Of a DNA stretch of 64,000 bases, positions 23,292 through 31,911 are shown piece by piece. Each line of letters starts with the position of its first letter. Positions within the stretch are counted from its first letter, which is position 1. The DNA comes from an uncultured delta proteobacterium (GTDB lineage Bacteria; Myxococcota; UBA727; VGSZ01). The stretch covers positions 1 through 64,000 of the forward strand of contig CAVZJB010000005.1 of the NCBI GenBank assembly GCA_963775425.1, read 5' to 3'. The notes under the pieces were generated by a model. The model was not told the origin of the DNA, made no database searches, and saw only the letters and a program-made list of their open reading frames with translations. Both the position numbers and the translations under genes were made by a program.

Positions 23292-26092
23292 GAGCGGCCG
23301 CGCCACAGCGACGCGCGCCGATAGAGGTCGACGGCGGCGTCGACGTCGCGGGCGTCGTCCTCGCCGAGGAGCACCAGGAGCCGCGGCGCCGGGAGCGGCA
23401 GCGACAGCTCGACGAGCCCGCTGCCGGGGACCACGCGCGCGGCGGCGGTGGGCTCGAAGCGCGCGGCGAGCGCCTGCACCGCGCGCGCGCGCTCGTCGAC
23501 GGGGCGCGTGAGCGCTTCGCGGGCGCGCTCGAGGTCGACGAGGCCGAACAGGCCCGCGCGCACGGCTTCCACGATGGGATCGCCGGCCATGAGCACGGCG
23601 CCGCGGACGGGGCCGGCGGCGCGGGCGCGGTCGACGGAGAGGCGGCCGCGCGCGGCGAGCTTCTCCGCCTCGCGCAACGACAGCGGGCGGCCGCGCAGGC
23701 GGGGCAGCAGCCTGCGGTGCCACAGCCGCAGGGGATCGTTCTTGTCGCCGCGGCGGAGCGCGAGCGCGAAGAGCGAGCTGAGGTCGACGCGCGCCCGGGC
23801 GGCGGTCTTGCGTCGCCGGCCGAAGAGCGCGAGCGCGCCGAGGACGGCGAGCGCGTCGACGAGGGCGACGACACCGACGAAGCCGACCACGCCCCGCCTG
23901 TCCCCGTGCAGGAGCGCGCGCGCGCCGCGCGTGAGCGGACCGGCGCCGTCCACGGCGCGCGGCGCCGGCGGGAGCGGGCGCGACCCGCCGGCGCGCACGT
24001 ACCTGCCGTCGTCATCGCCGATCGCACGGCGGTCGCCGGCGCCGCGCTCGCGATTGTCGTGGGCGTCAGGCGCCGCGCGCGGGTCAACCGCGGCGCGCCC
24101 GACGGCGGCGGCACGCGCGGCGGCACGCGCGGCGGAGGGCGCCGCGCTCGCGCCGGCGGGCGGTGTGCCGTCCGAGGACCTCGAGGACGTCGAGGACGTC
24201 GAGGAGGGGAGCTCGAGGGGCGGGCTCGCGTCCGCGACCACCACGGTCCCGTCGACGAACGCCTCGGCCCACGCGTGCTGCAGCGGCGCGACCACGCCGT
24301 CTTGCACCACGAGGCCCGTCGCGAGCCGCGCGTTCACGCCGGACTCGACGAGCACGGCGACGAGCACGGCGTTCATCACGTCGCAGTCGCCGGCGCCGGC
24401 GGCGAGCACGCGCTCGAAGAAGCCGCCGCTGCCGCCCTCGACGGCGCGGCGGGTGGCGGCGTCGGCGCCGTAGCGCAAGCGGCGGCGCACGAAGGCGACG
24501 GCGCCGTCGATGCGCTCGCGCTCCGACAACACCGACAGCGACAGCGCGACGCGCTTCAGCTCGTCGGGCAGCGCGACGCGCGCGGGGAACGGCGGCGGAG
24601 GCGTCGACGGCGTGCGCACCAGACGGTAGCGCACGATGCCCTCCCCCGAGGCGCGCGCGAGCCACACCAGGCCGCGGCCGTCGCCGAAGAGGGCGCCGCC
24701 CTCGCCGGGGCCGCCCTCGCCGGGGCCGTCGACGGCGGGCGCGGTCCCGGCCGCCGCGGGCAAGGGCACCGGCGTGCCGTGCGCGCGGAACGAGACCTCC
24801 GCCACCACCGGTCCGCGCGCGCTCGCGACGGGCTCGCGCGGGCGCGGCGCGGCGACGAGGCCGCGCGCCTCGTCGAGGCGCTCGAGCACGCCGAGGCGCA
24901 GGAACAACAAGGGCTCCGCCGTGTGCACGGTGACCGCGAACGACGGCCCGCTGAGGTCGAGGTCGTCGACGTGCGGCGCCTGGGTCGGCCTGACGTCCTC
25001 GAGGAGCACCGCCGTTTGCGACGGCGCAGGAGCAGGAGCCACCACGCGCGCGACGGCCACGCCGGCGGCGAGCACCGCGGGCGCGCCGACGCACGACAGG
25101 CCGACGACGAGCGCGTGGCGGGCGACGCTCTGCCGGAGCCGCGCGAGAAACGGCAGCGGCACCAGCGTGTCGAGGAGGTCCGCGAGCAGGTCGGCCAACG
25201 CCTGCTCACACAGCTCCACGAGCTGGCGCAGCAGGCTGTCCTCGACGATCTCCATGCGGTCGAGGAGCAGCGTGACGCCCGGGGCCTCGAGCGTGACCAT
25301 CGGGAAGAGCCCCGGGAGCGCGCGGCGCTTGCGGCCGCGCGAAGGCACGAGCTCGTCGAGGGACAGCGCCTCTTTCACGAGGAGGCCGTGCACGTAGATC
25401 TCGACGCGGGGGCGACGGCTGAAGCCGACGGTGCCGGAGAAGCCGCCGCCCTTCACGGCCACCTGCGGGTCGGCGGGCTCGAACGCCTCCTGCATGGTGC
25501 GGCGGACAACGCGCCCGTCGACGGTGACGACGGGCCGCGGCCGTCCGGGCAAAGACGTGAGGCAGCCGCACATGCGGCGGACCGCGGCGAACGCGAGCGC
25601 GGCGAAGCGCGGTTCGCGCGCGGCGCGCTCGAGCGTCACGGTGGTCCCGCGCTCCGTGCGCGCCGGCTCCACCTCGCTGACGGCGCCGGTCTCGACGTCG
25701 ATGGCGATGGCCACAGCGCGCGCGCCGTCGTGGGTGTCCACGCGCACGCTCGCGGGATCGAAGCGCAGCACGCTCCAAAAGCCGACGCCGAAGCAGCCGG
25801 CGGCGCCGTCGCTCTGCTTGCGCGAGGAGAACAAGCGCAGGAGCCCCTCCTCGACGAGGGCGCGGCTCATGCCGGCGCCGTCGTCGCTGCAGGACAGCCG
25901 CTCGACGCCGTTCGCCGTCTCCGTGACGAGGGCGATGCGGGCGGCGCCGGCGTCCCGCCCGTTTTGCACCAGCTCGCGGAGGAACACCCAAGGGTCCTCG
26001 CCGTAGCGCTCGGCCTCGCGGCGCGCGCGGCGCAGGACCTCGGCTGGCGCGTGCCCTGCCGGGGCCGTGGCGGGGGCGGGACCGCTCGGCAT
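23288..26092 (-). CDS. GHKL (HSP90/MORC-like) ATPase - TM - transglutaminase-like - TM fusion protein
   Basis: FLRELVQNGRDAGA, SDDGAGM, GCFGVGF, ERGTTV (GHKL motifs); GDCDVMN..QHAWAEA..ADASP (Cys-His-Asp triad); two hydrophobic segments; TATGAT 7 nt before ATG 26092. Confidence 0.85.
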   Translation of the reverse strand: MPSGPAPATAPAGHAPAEVLRRARREAERYGEDPWVFLRELVQNGRDAGAARIALVTETANGVERLSCSDDGAGMSRALVEEGLLRLFSSRKQSDGAAGCFGVGFWSVLRFDPASVRVDTHDGARAVAIAIDVETGAVSEVEPARTERGTTVTLERAAREPRFAALAFAAVRRMCGCLTSLPGRPRPVVTVDGRVVRRTMQEAFEPADPQVAVKGGGFSGTVGFSRRPRVEIYVHGLLVKEALSLDELVPSRGRKRRALPGLFPMVTLEAPGVTLLLDRMEIVEDSLLRQLVELCEQALADLLADLLDTLVPLPFLARLRQSVARHALVVGLSCVGAPAVLAAGVAVARVVAPAPAPSQTAVLLEDVRPTQAPHVDDLDLSGPSFAVTVHTAEPLLFLRLGVLERLDEARGLVAAPRPREPVASARGPVVAEVSFRAHGTPVPLPAAAGTAPAVDGPGEGGPGEGGALFGDGRGLVWLARASGEGIVRYRLVRTPSTPPPPFPARVALPDELKRVALSLSVLSERERIDGAVAFVRRRLRYGADAATRRAVEGGSGGFFERVLAAGAGDCDVMNAVLVAVLVESGVNARLATGLVVQDGVVAPLQHAWAEAFVDGTVVVADASPPLELPSSTSSTSSRSSDGTPPAGASAAPSAARAAARAAAVGRAAVDPRAAPDAHDNRERGAGDRRAIGDDDGRYVRAGGSRPLPPAPRAVDGAGPLTRGARALLHGDRRGVVGFVGVVALVDALAVLGALALFGRRRKTAARARVDLSSLFALALRRGDKNDPLRLWHRRLLPRLRGRPLSLREAEKLAARGRLSVDRARAAGPVRGAVLMAGDPIVEAVRAGLFGLVDLERAREALTRPVDERARAVQALAARFEPTAAARVVPGSGLVELSLPLPAPRLLVLLGEDDARDVDAAVDLYRRASLWRGRS

Positions 26093-26134
26093 GTGCGGGA
26101 TCATAGGGGTCCGGCCGGCCGCCCGCTCGGCTCG

Positions 26135-26164
26135 CTGCTCAATTCTGCTCAACTCTGCTCACGA
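26135..26164. promoter_or_regulatory. Triple 10-bp direct repeat in a divergent promoter region
   Basis: CTGCTCAATT CTGCTCAACT CTGCTCACGA. Confidence 0.55.
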
Positions 26165-26306
26165 GCTTGACGACGTGCACAGACCTGCGCTTGTCGTCGT
26201 CGACCCCACAGCTCGCATCACGCGCATGTCTGAGCCCGCGCCTGTTTGCGAGCCCGATACAGCCGGCAGTGGTCGCCGGATGCCCCGGCGCACGTCGAGG
26301 TGGAAC

Positions 26307-26972
26307 GTGGTTACGGTGAAGCACTCCAAAGCGCTCGTCGATCTTGCTCGGCTGTTGGGCGCGGACGTGAAGCGGCAGTTGAGCAAGGAAGCTCCGGCGA
26401 ACGTCGCTCCGGCGGACCCGGCGGAGCCGCAGCGGCGCACCAAGCAGGACCCGGCGACGCGGCGCGTGCCGCCGTCGAGCGTGGATCCGGGGCAGTTGAC
26501 GGCGCAGCTCAGGCAGGGCGGCGGCCCCGGGCACGACCTCGTCCCGAACCAGTTCTCGCTCGGCGGCAGCGTCGGCATGGCCGCGTGCGGCCCGGCGGCG
26601 CTGGTGGCGCTCGAGAGCGCGAAGGGCAAGGACATGTCGCTGCCCGCCGCCGTCGACGCCGCCTCCCAGCACGGCTGGAACACGTCCGGCGGCATGAACG
26701 GCTTCGGCAACTTCGTGGCGACGGCCAAGGCGCAGGGCCTGGACTTCAAGACGGGCTCGCTCGACGACGTCAGGGGGCAGGTGGACAAGGGAAACCCCGT
26801 CGTCATCTCGACCAACCAGCACTACTTCGTCGCCCAGGCGTTCGACCCGGCCACCGGCAAGTACTTCTTCGGCAACTCGGGGACGGCGCTGCGCGCGGGC
26901 TCGTCGTGGTTGACCCTCGACCAGGTCGCCGCCCTCGGACACGGCATCAACGGCGTCGGCTGGGCCGAATAA
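26307..26972 (+). CDS. C39-like (papain-fold) cysteine peptidase domain protein
   Basis: GAGG RBS before GTG 26307; PNQF..ACGPAA (Gln/Cys), GNPVVIS..QHYFV (His), FGNSG. Confidence 0.65.
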   Translation: MVTVKHSKALVDLARLLGADVKRQLSKEAPANVAPADPAEPQRRTKQDPATRRVPPSSVDPGQLTAQLRQGGGPGHDLVPNQFSLGGSVGMAACGPAALVALESAKGKDMSLPAAVDAASQHGWNTSGGMNGFGNFVATAKAQGLDFKTGSLDDVRGQVDKGNPVVISTNQHYFVAQAFDPATGKYFFGNSGTALRAGSSWLTLDQVAALGHGINGVGWAE

Positions 26973-27025
26973 GGCGCTCCATGCGTCGTCACGAGCACAA
27001 ACACTCCAGAAAGCAGAGGTCTCAC

Positions 27026-27382
27026 ATGATCGAAAGCATCCGTAACCGCACTCCCACCAACCTTCAGCAGATCGCCGGCGCGAACAGCGACGGGCGCAGC
27101 ATCAACCGCCGCGCGAGCCTGAGCTCGCTGCAGCCGCCGCGCGACGTGATGGAGCGAAGCGCCGCGGCGGCGCCGGCGGGGAAGGCGCAGGCGCTGACCG
27201 CCACCGCCGACACGGGCAACGCGCTCGCGAGCGTCGGCAACATCCTGCAGGGCCTGCTCGGCGACGCCGGCGGCGTCGTGAGCGCCGTCGCGGACGGGCT
27301 CAAGGGCCTGATCGACGCCGGCACCGGCTTCCTCGGGATCGTCGGCAACGCGTTGAGTCGGTTCATCGGGCTGCTCGGCTGA
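27026..27382 (+). CDS. Small hypothetical protein with polar N-terminus and amphipathic Gly/Leu-rich C-terminus
   Basis: GAGGT RBS, ATG 27026, GC3-rich codons in the 3' half. Confidence 0.7.
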   Translation: MIESIRNRTPTNLQQIAGANSDGRSINRRASLSSLQPPRDVMERSAAAAPAGKAQALTATADTGNALASVGNILQGLLGDAGGVVSAVADGLKGLIDAGTGFLGIVGNALSRFIGLLG

Positions 27383-27409
27383 GACAACCACCCGCCAGCG
27401 AGGATCGCC

Positions 27410-28438
27410 ATGAAGACCAAACCCCGAAGCTTCGGCCTGTTCACCCGCGCGACGCTCGGGTTGGCGCTTCCGATCCTCCTCGGCTGCGGCTGCCTGTACG
27501 TGACGCGGGGGTTCGCCTGCGACGACGACGCCGGCTGCCTCGACGACCAGCGCTGCGTGGCCGGCACCTGCATGGCCGCCGCCGACGGGGCGAACGCGGG
27601 TGACGCCGGCCCGGTCGATGACGGCTCCGTCGATCTCGGCTCCGTCGATGGCGACCCCGTCGATGACGGCCCCGTCGACGACACACCCGGGGGCGGCGCG
27701 TCCGGGGAAGGCGAGGGCGAAGGTGAGGGTGAGGGCGAGGGCGAAGGTGAGGGCGAAGGTGAGGGCGAAGGTGAGGGCGGCGAAGGCGAGGGCGAGGGCG
27801 AGGGCGAGGGCGAGGGCGAGGGCGAGGGCGAGGGCGACGCGTGCGCGCCTCTCTTCTTCGACGCCTTCGACGGGGCCGCGGTGGGCGCGCCTTTCGCCGT
27901 CGTGGATCATCCGAGCGAGGCGTCCGTGACCGTCGGCGGGGGGCGGTTCGCGGTGAGCTTCGACGGGAGCGCGCCGCAGTCGGCGAACGCGCAGGCGCGC
28001 CTCGACGTGCGCGACACGACGTTCCGCGCGGAGGTCGCGCGCGCGCCGTCGGTCCCGAACATCGAGCTGCTCGTCGCCGCCGCCCGCAACCCCGCCAACT
28101 TCGACGACGAGGTCTTCGCGCGCGTCTTCGGCGGCAAGCTCGAGCTCGTGCTGCGCGAAGACGGCGTGGACACCCAGTACCGCGACGTCCACTTCGATCC
28201 CGTCGCGGACCGGGTGACCCGCCTCGTGTTTTCGTCGACGACGGGCGAGGCCATCCTGCAGGCCTCCGCCGACGGCGCCGCCTTTCACGAGGTCGCGCGC
28301 GTGCCCGCGTCGTCGTCCGGGCAGACGCCGTCCTGGTGGGCGGACGCCGTGCTCGCCTTCGGCGGCGCGAACACGCTGTTTTCCTCGGACACGGTCGCCA
28401 TCGACGCCGTCCTGCTCTCCCGCGCAGACTGCCCATGA
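27410..28438 (+). CDS. Secreted/lipoprotein with Cys module, (GE)n linker and beta-rich C-terminal domain (paralogue A)
   Basis: Signal with Cys; FACDDDAGCLDDQRCVAGTC; GE tract at about 27705-27836; clear similarity to 30905-31843. Confidence 0.85.
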   Translation: MKTKPRSFGLFTRATLGLALPILLGCGCLYVTRGFACDDDAGCLDDQRCVAGTCMAAADGANAGDAGPVDDGSVDLGSVDGDPVDDGPVDDTPGGGASGEGEGEGEGEGEGEGEGEGEGEGEGGEGEGEGEGEGEGEGEGEGDACAPLFFDAFDGAAVGAPFAVVDHPSEASVTVGGGRFAVSFDGSAPQSANAQARLDVRDTTFRAEVARAPSVPNIELLVAAARNPANFDDEVFARVFGGKLELVLREDGVDTQYRDVHFDPVADRVTRLVFSSTTGEAILQASADGAAFHEVARVPASSSGQTPSWWADAVLAFGGANTLFSSDTVAIDAVLLSRADCP

Positions 28439-28530
28439 CGGCGGCGACGCCCGTCGGCGTCGTCGTCATCCTTGCAGGTGACGCCTGGCCGCCTCTTGCT
28501 GGCATTTTGCCCCCGCCGCATACTCGGTGC

Positions 28531-29298
28531 ATGATCGCAGGCGGCGTGACGCTGTCGCTCGTCGTTGGCGTCGTGTTCACGTCGTCGTCGCCGCCCAAGG
28601 ATCCGCCGAGCACGGAGCCGACGAAGATCATGGTCGTCGCAGGCGTCGGCGTCGACGACGGCGTCGAGCAGCGGGTGCGCGCGGCGCTCGTCGAGCGCGG
28701 GTCCCTCGTGCTCGACGCCGAAGCCACGCGGACGAGCCTCGGCTCCGCGCGCGAGCTCGGGCTCGACTGCCTCACAGACGGCGACGCCGGCGCGTGTTGG
28801 CGCCGCGTCGCCGCGCTCGCGCGCGAGGACGCCATCGTCGTCGTCGACGGCGGGAGCGCCGGCGCCATCGTCCTGCGGCTCCTCGACGCCCGCGCCGACC
28901 GCGCGGCGCGCACCGCCAGCGGGGGCGCCGCTGACGCACCGGCGCTCGTCGCCGAGCTCCTCGCGGCGCCGGTGGCTTCAAGGCCGGCGCCGCCCCCGCC
29001 GCCGTCGCCGACCCGCGCGGCGCCGGCGGCGCAGCCCGGCGTCGACCTCTTCACGTTGGGCGTGGCGCTCGGCGCGGCGAACGCCGCGCTGATGCTCGTC
29101 AGCGGCGTGAGCGTCGTCGTGATTCAACAAACGGTCCTCGACGACCCGGGTGCGTCCGGGGCCACCAAGGCGACCGCCTTCGGCGCGGGCGTGGTGCTCA
29201 TCGGCGCCACCGCGCTCTTCGCCGTCGGCGCCATCGTGGGCGGCGGCATCGCCGCCGTCGCCTCTTTGCCCCCGGGCGAGGGAGACTCGGCTTCGTGA
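28531..29298 (+). CDS. Hypothetical membrane protein
   Basis: Signal-like N-terminus, C..DG...C motif, Pro linker, two C-terminal TM segments; GTGA overlap with the next gene. Confidence 0.65.
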   Translation: MIAGGVTLSLVVGVVFTSSSPPKDPPSTEPTKIMVVAGVGVDDGVEQRVRAALVERGSLVLDAEATRTSLGSARELGLDCLTDGDAGACWRRVAALAREDAIVVVDGGSAGAIVLRLLDARADRAARTASGGAADAPALVAELLAAPVASRPAPPPPPSPTRAAPAAQPGVDLFTLGVALGAANAALMLVSGVSVVVIQQTVLDDPGASGATKATAFGAGVVLIGATALFAVGAIVGGGIAAVASLPPGEGDSAS

Positions 29299-30716
29299 AC
29301 CGCCGGCCGCGCGATCAGCCAACCGTGTCGGGCCAGGACGGCCTGCGCCCGCGGCGCGACGTGAGCGCCGTGACGCCGCGCGAGGCGAGCCTCAAGCTCC
29401 ATCGCGAGCGCGCGCGCACCGTGCAGATCGAGCTGCGCCCGGAGACGCGCTACCTCATCGGGAGGCACGAGGGCGTCGACGTCGTGTTCGAGTCGAACCA
29501 GGTCTCGCGCACCCACGGCGCCTTGTTCTCCGAGCTCGGGCGCTGGCACTACCAGGATATGGGGAGCAGCAACGGCAGCGCCGTCCTCACGCAGGAAGAA
29601 GCGGCGCGCGGCCGCGCGGGGCAGCCGGCGCCGCTGTCGCCCATGGAGAAGGTCGCGCTCGACATCGGCGATCAGGTCCTGATCGGCGGCTGGTCCTCGC
29701 GCATCGAGCTCTGCTCGCCGACGCCGCTCGTCCTCAGCGACGACGACGACGACGCCATCGTGCGCTCCGCGGCGGGCTGCGACTTCGACGCGAAGATCGA
29801 GCTCGCCTCCCGCACCCGGGTGCCGGTGTTCCTCACCGGCGCCTCCGGCACGGGCAAGACGCACGCGGCGCGGCAGATCCACGTGCGCGGGACGCCCGAG
29901 GCGCCGTTCGTCCTCCTGAACTGCGCGCGCCTCCCGCACGATCCCACGCAGCTCCACGGCGAGCTGCTCGGCGTCGCCGGCGCCCGCAGCGGCGCGCTCC
30001 ACGCGGCGGATGGCGGCACCCTCTGCCTCGACGAGGTCGAGAGCCTGGCGCCCCCCGCGCAGGGGTTCCTGCTCGACGTGTTGGAGGGAACGGGCGACCC
30101 CTCACCGCTGGGCGCCACCACCCGCTCGGTCACGCCCGCGTTCCGACTCGTGTCCGCCGCCAAGGTCCCGCTGTCCGACAGCGGCCTGCGCCCCGACTTG
30201 TGCGAGCGGCTGCTCGAGGGCCACTCCTGGCGCGTGCCGTCGCTCGCCGAGCGCCGCGAGGACATCGCCGGCCTCATGAGGCGCTTCGCGCGCGAACAAT
30301 CGAAGATGCTTGGCGTCGACATCGGCTTCACCGAAGAGGCGCTGGCCTTCGCCGAGGCGGCGCCGTGGCCCGGGGAGATTCGCCAACTGCGCGCGGCCGT
30401 CATCGTCCTCGCGCAGGCGGCCGTGGCGCAGGCGCCCGCCGAGCTCGCCGCGCGCCCCGCCATCCTGCTGCGGAGCGACGACCTGCGCCGTCACGTCAGC
30501 GAGCGCGAGGCCGTGCTCGCTTCGGCCGCCCCGGCCGCAGCGCCGCCGGCGCCCGCGGCGCCGGCCGCGCCCGTCAAGCGCTTCTCGCGCTCGCTCACGC
30601 GCGAGGACGTGGCGCAGGCGCTGCAGCGCGCGGACGGCAACCAGAGCGAGGCCGCGCGCCTCCTCGGCATCGCGCGCAACACGCTGATCAAGAAAATGCG
30701 CCAATTCGATTTGTGA
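29295..30716 (+). CDS. FHA domain + bEBP-type AAA+ + Fis HTH regulator lacking the GAFTGA loop
   Basis: FHA (IGR, VSRTH, SSNGS); GASGTGKT, LNCA, ADGGTLCLDE, WPGEIRQL; GNQSEAARLLGIARNTL. Confidence 0.9.
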   Translation: MNRRPRDQPTVSGQDGLRPRRDVSAVTPREASLKLHRERARTVQIELRPETRYLIGRHEGVDVVFESNQVSRTHGALFSELGRWHYQDMGSSNGSAVLTQEEAARGRAGQPAPLSPMEKVALDIGDQVLIGGWSSRIELCSPTPLVLSDDDDDAIVRSAAGCDFDAKIELASRTRVPVFLTGASGTGKTHAARQIHVRGTPEAPFVLLNCARLPHDPTQLHGELLGVAGARSGALHAADGGTLCLDEVESLAPPAQGFLLDVLEGTGDPSPLGATTRSVTPAFRLVSAAKVPLSDSGLRPDLCERLLEGHSWRVPSLAERREDIAGLMRRFAREQSKMLGVDIGFTEEALAFAEAAPWPGEIRQLRAAVIVLAQAAVAQAPAELAARPAILLRSDDLRRHVSEREAVLASAAPAAAPPAPAAPAAPVKRFSRSLTREDVAQALQRADGNQSEAARLLGIARNTLIKKMRQFDL

Positions 30717-30757
30717 TTCTGCGCAGAGTGGAGCGGATTTGCGCATGATTGCGCAGA
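30715..30757. promoter_or_regulatory. Three GATT-(0-1 nt)-TGCGCA-type boxes just downstream of the bEBP gene
   Basis: gattcTGCGCAg, gattTGCGCAt and gatTGCGCAg within 45 bp. Confidence 0.45.
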
Positions 30758-30904
30758 TCACGGATCTCGCTGGGCCCTTTCCACCGGGCTCCGCAGCGAG
30801 GTGGATGGCGTCGCCTCCCACTTGCTGCGACACATCCGGCAGCGGAGGCATTCATGAAGGCAAGGTGGATCCGTGACCGCGGGGCCGTGACGGCGGCGCG
30901 TGCG

Positions 30905-31843
30905 TCAGCGACACGCGTCCTTCTCGAGGGTCACGGAGTCGAGGGCGATGAGGTCCGACGCGAAGAGCGAGGTTGACCCGCCGAAGCCGAGGACGGCGTC
31001 GGCCCACCAGGACGGCGCCACGCCGGTGGTCGAGGCGGCCACACGGCCGATCTCGACGAAGTCGACGCCGTTCGCCGACGTCTCCAGCACGGCTTCACTG
31101 GCGGCGTCGAGGAGACGAAGGCGGACCACGCGATGCGCGATGGGATCGAAGGAGACCACTTGGGAGTCCCGTTTCTGCCCGTTCTCCAGCATCACAATCC
31201 TGAGGTGCCCGTTCAGGACGTCGACGAAGACGGCGTCGCCGAAGTCGTCGGGGTTGAAGGCGCCCCCCGTGACGAGCTCGATGTTGCCGGAGGCCGGCGC
31301 GTCGGCGATCTCGGTGGTGAACGCGGTGTCGCGCACGTCGAAGTGGGCCTGCGCGCTCGCGGAGAGCGAGGCGGCGGTGCCGTTGAAGCGGATCACGAAA
31401 CGCCCGCCGCTGATGATGATGTCGGCCTTGTTGGGCGTGTCGAAGATCTGAAACGGCGGTCGGATGTCGGCCAGCTCGAAGGAGTCGGCGAAGAGCGGCG
31501 CGCAGGCGCCTACTCCCTCTCCTTCGCCCTCGCCCTCGCCGTCTCCTTCGCCTTCGCCCTCGCCCTCTCCTTCGCCCTCTCCTTCGCCCTCGCCTTCGCC
31601 CTCTCCCTCGCCTTCGCCCTCGCCTTCGCCTTCGCCTTCGCCCTCGCCTTCGCCTTCGCCTTCGCCTGGGGCTCCCGCGGCGTCGGCCTCGTCGGAGCAG
31701 GCACCGTCGAGGCAGCGCTGGCCGTCGACGCAGCCATCGTCGTCGTCGCAGGCGAAGGCGCGGGTGAAGTACGTGCACGAGCCCACGCTGGCCACGAGCG
31801 CGAGGCCGACGAGGCAGGGCACCGATGCGACAATGACGCGCAC
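30905..31843 (-). CDS. Lipoprotein with Cys module, (GE)n linker and beta-rich domain (paralogue B)
   Basis: VGSC lipobox; FACDDDDGCVDGQRCLDGAC; shares ACAPLF, DVRDT.F and PSWWADAVL.FGG with 27410-28438; start codon uncertain. Confidence 0.85.
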   Translation of the reverse strand: MRVIVASVPCLVGLALVASVGSCTYFTRAFACDDDDGCVDGQRCLDGACSDEADAAGAPGEGEGEGEGEGEGEGEGEGEGEGEGEGEGEGEGEGEGEGEGDGEGEGEGEGVGACAPLFADSFELADIRPPFQIFDTPNKADIIISGGRFVIRFNGTAASLSASAQAHFDVRDTAFTTEIADAPASGNIELVTGGAFNPDDFGDAVFVDVLNGHLRIVMLENGQKRDSQVVSFDPIAHRVVRLRLLDAASEAVLETSANGVDFVEIGRVAASTTGVAPSWWADAVLGFGGSTSLFASDLIALDSVTLEKDACR

Positions 31844-31911
31844 CTGCTCATCCTAACAGGCGCGCCGGGCGCTGACGCTGCGACCGGAGGAAAGCGACGG
31901 GCCAAAGACGC

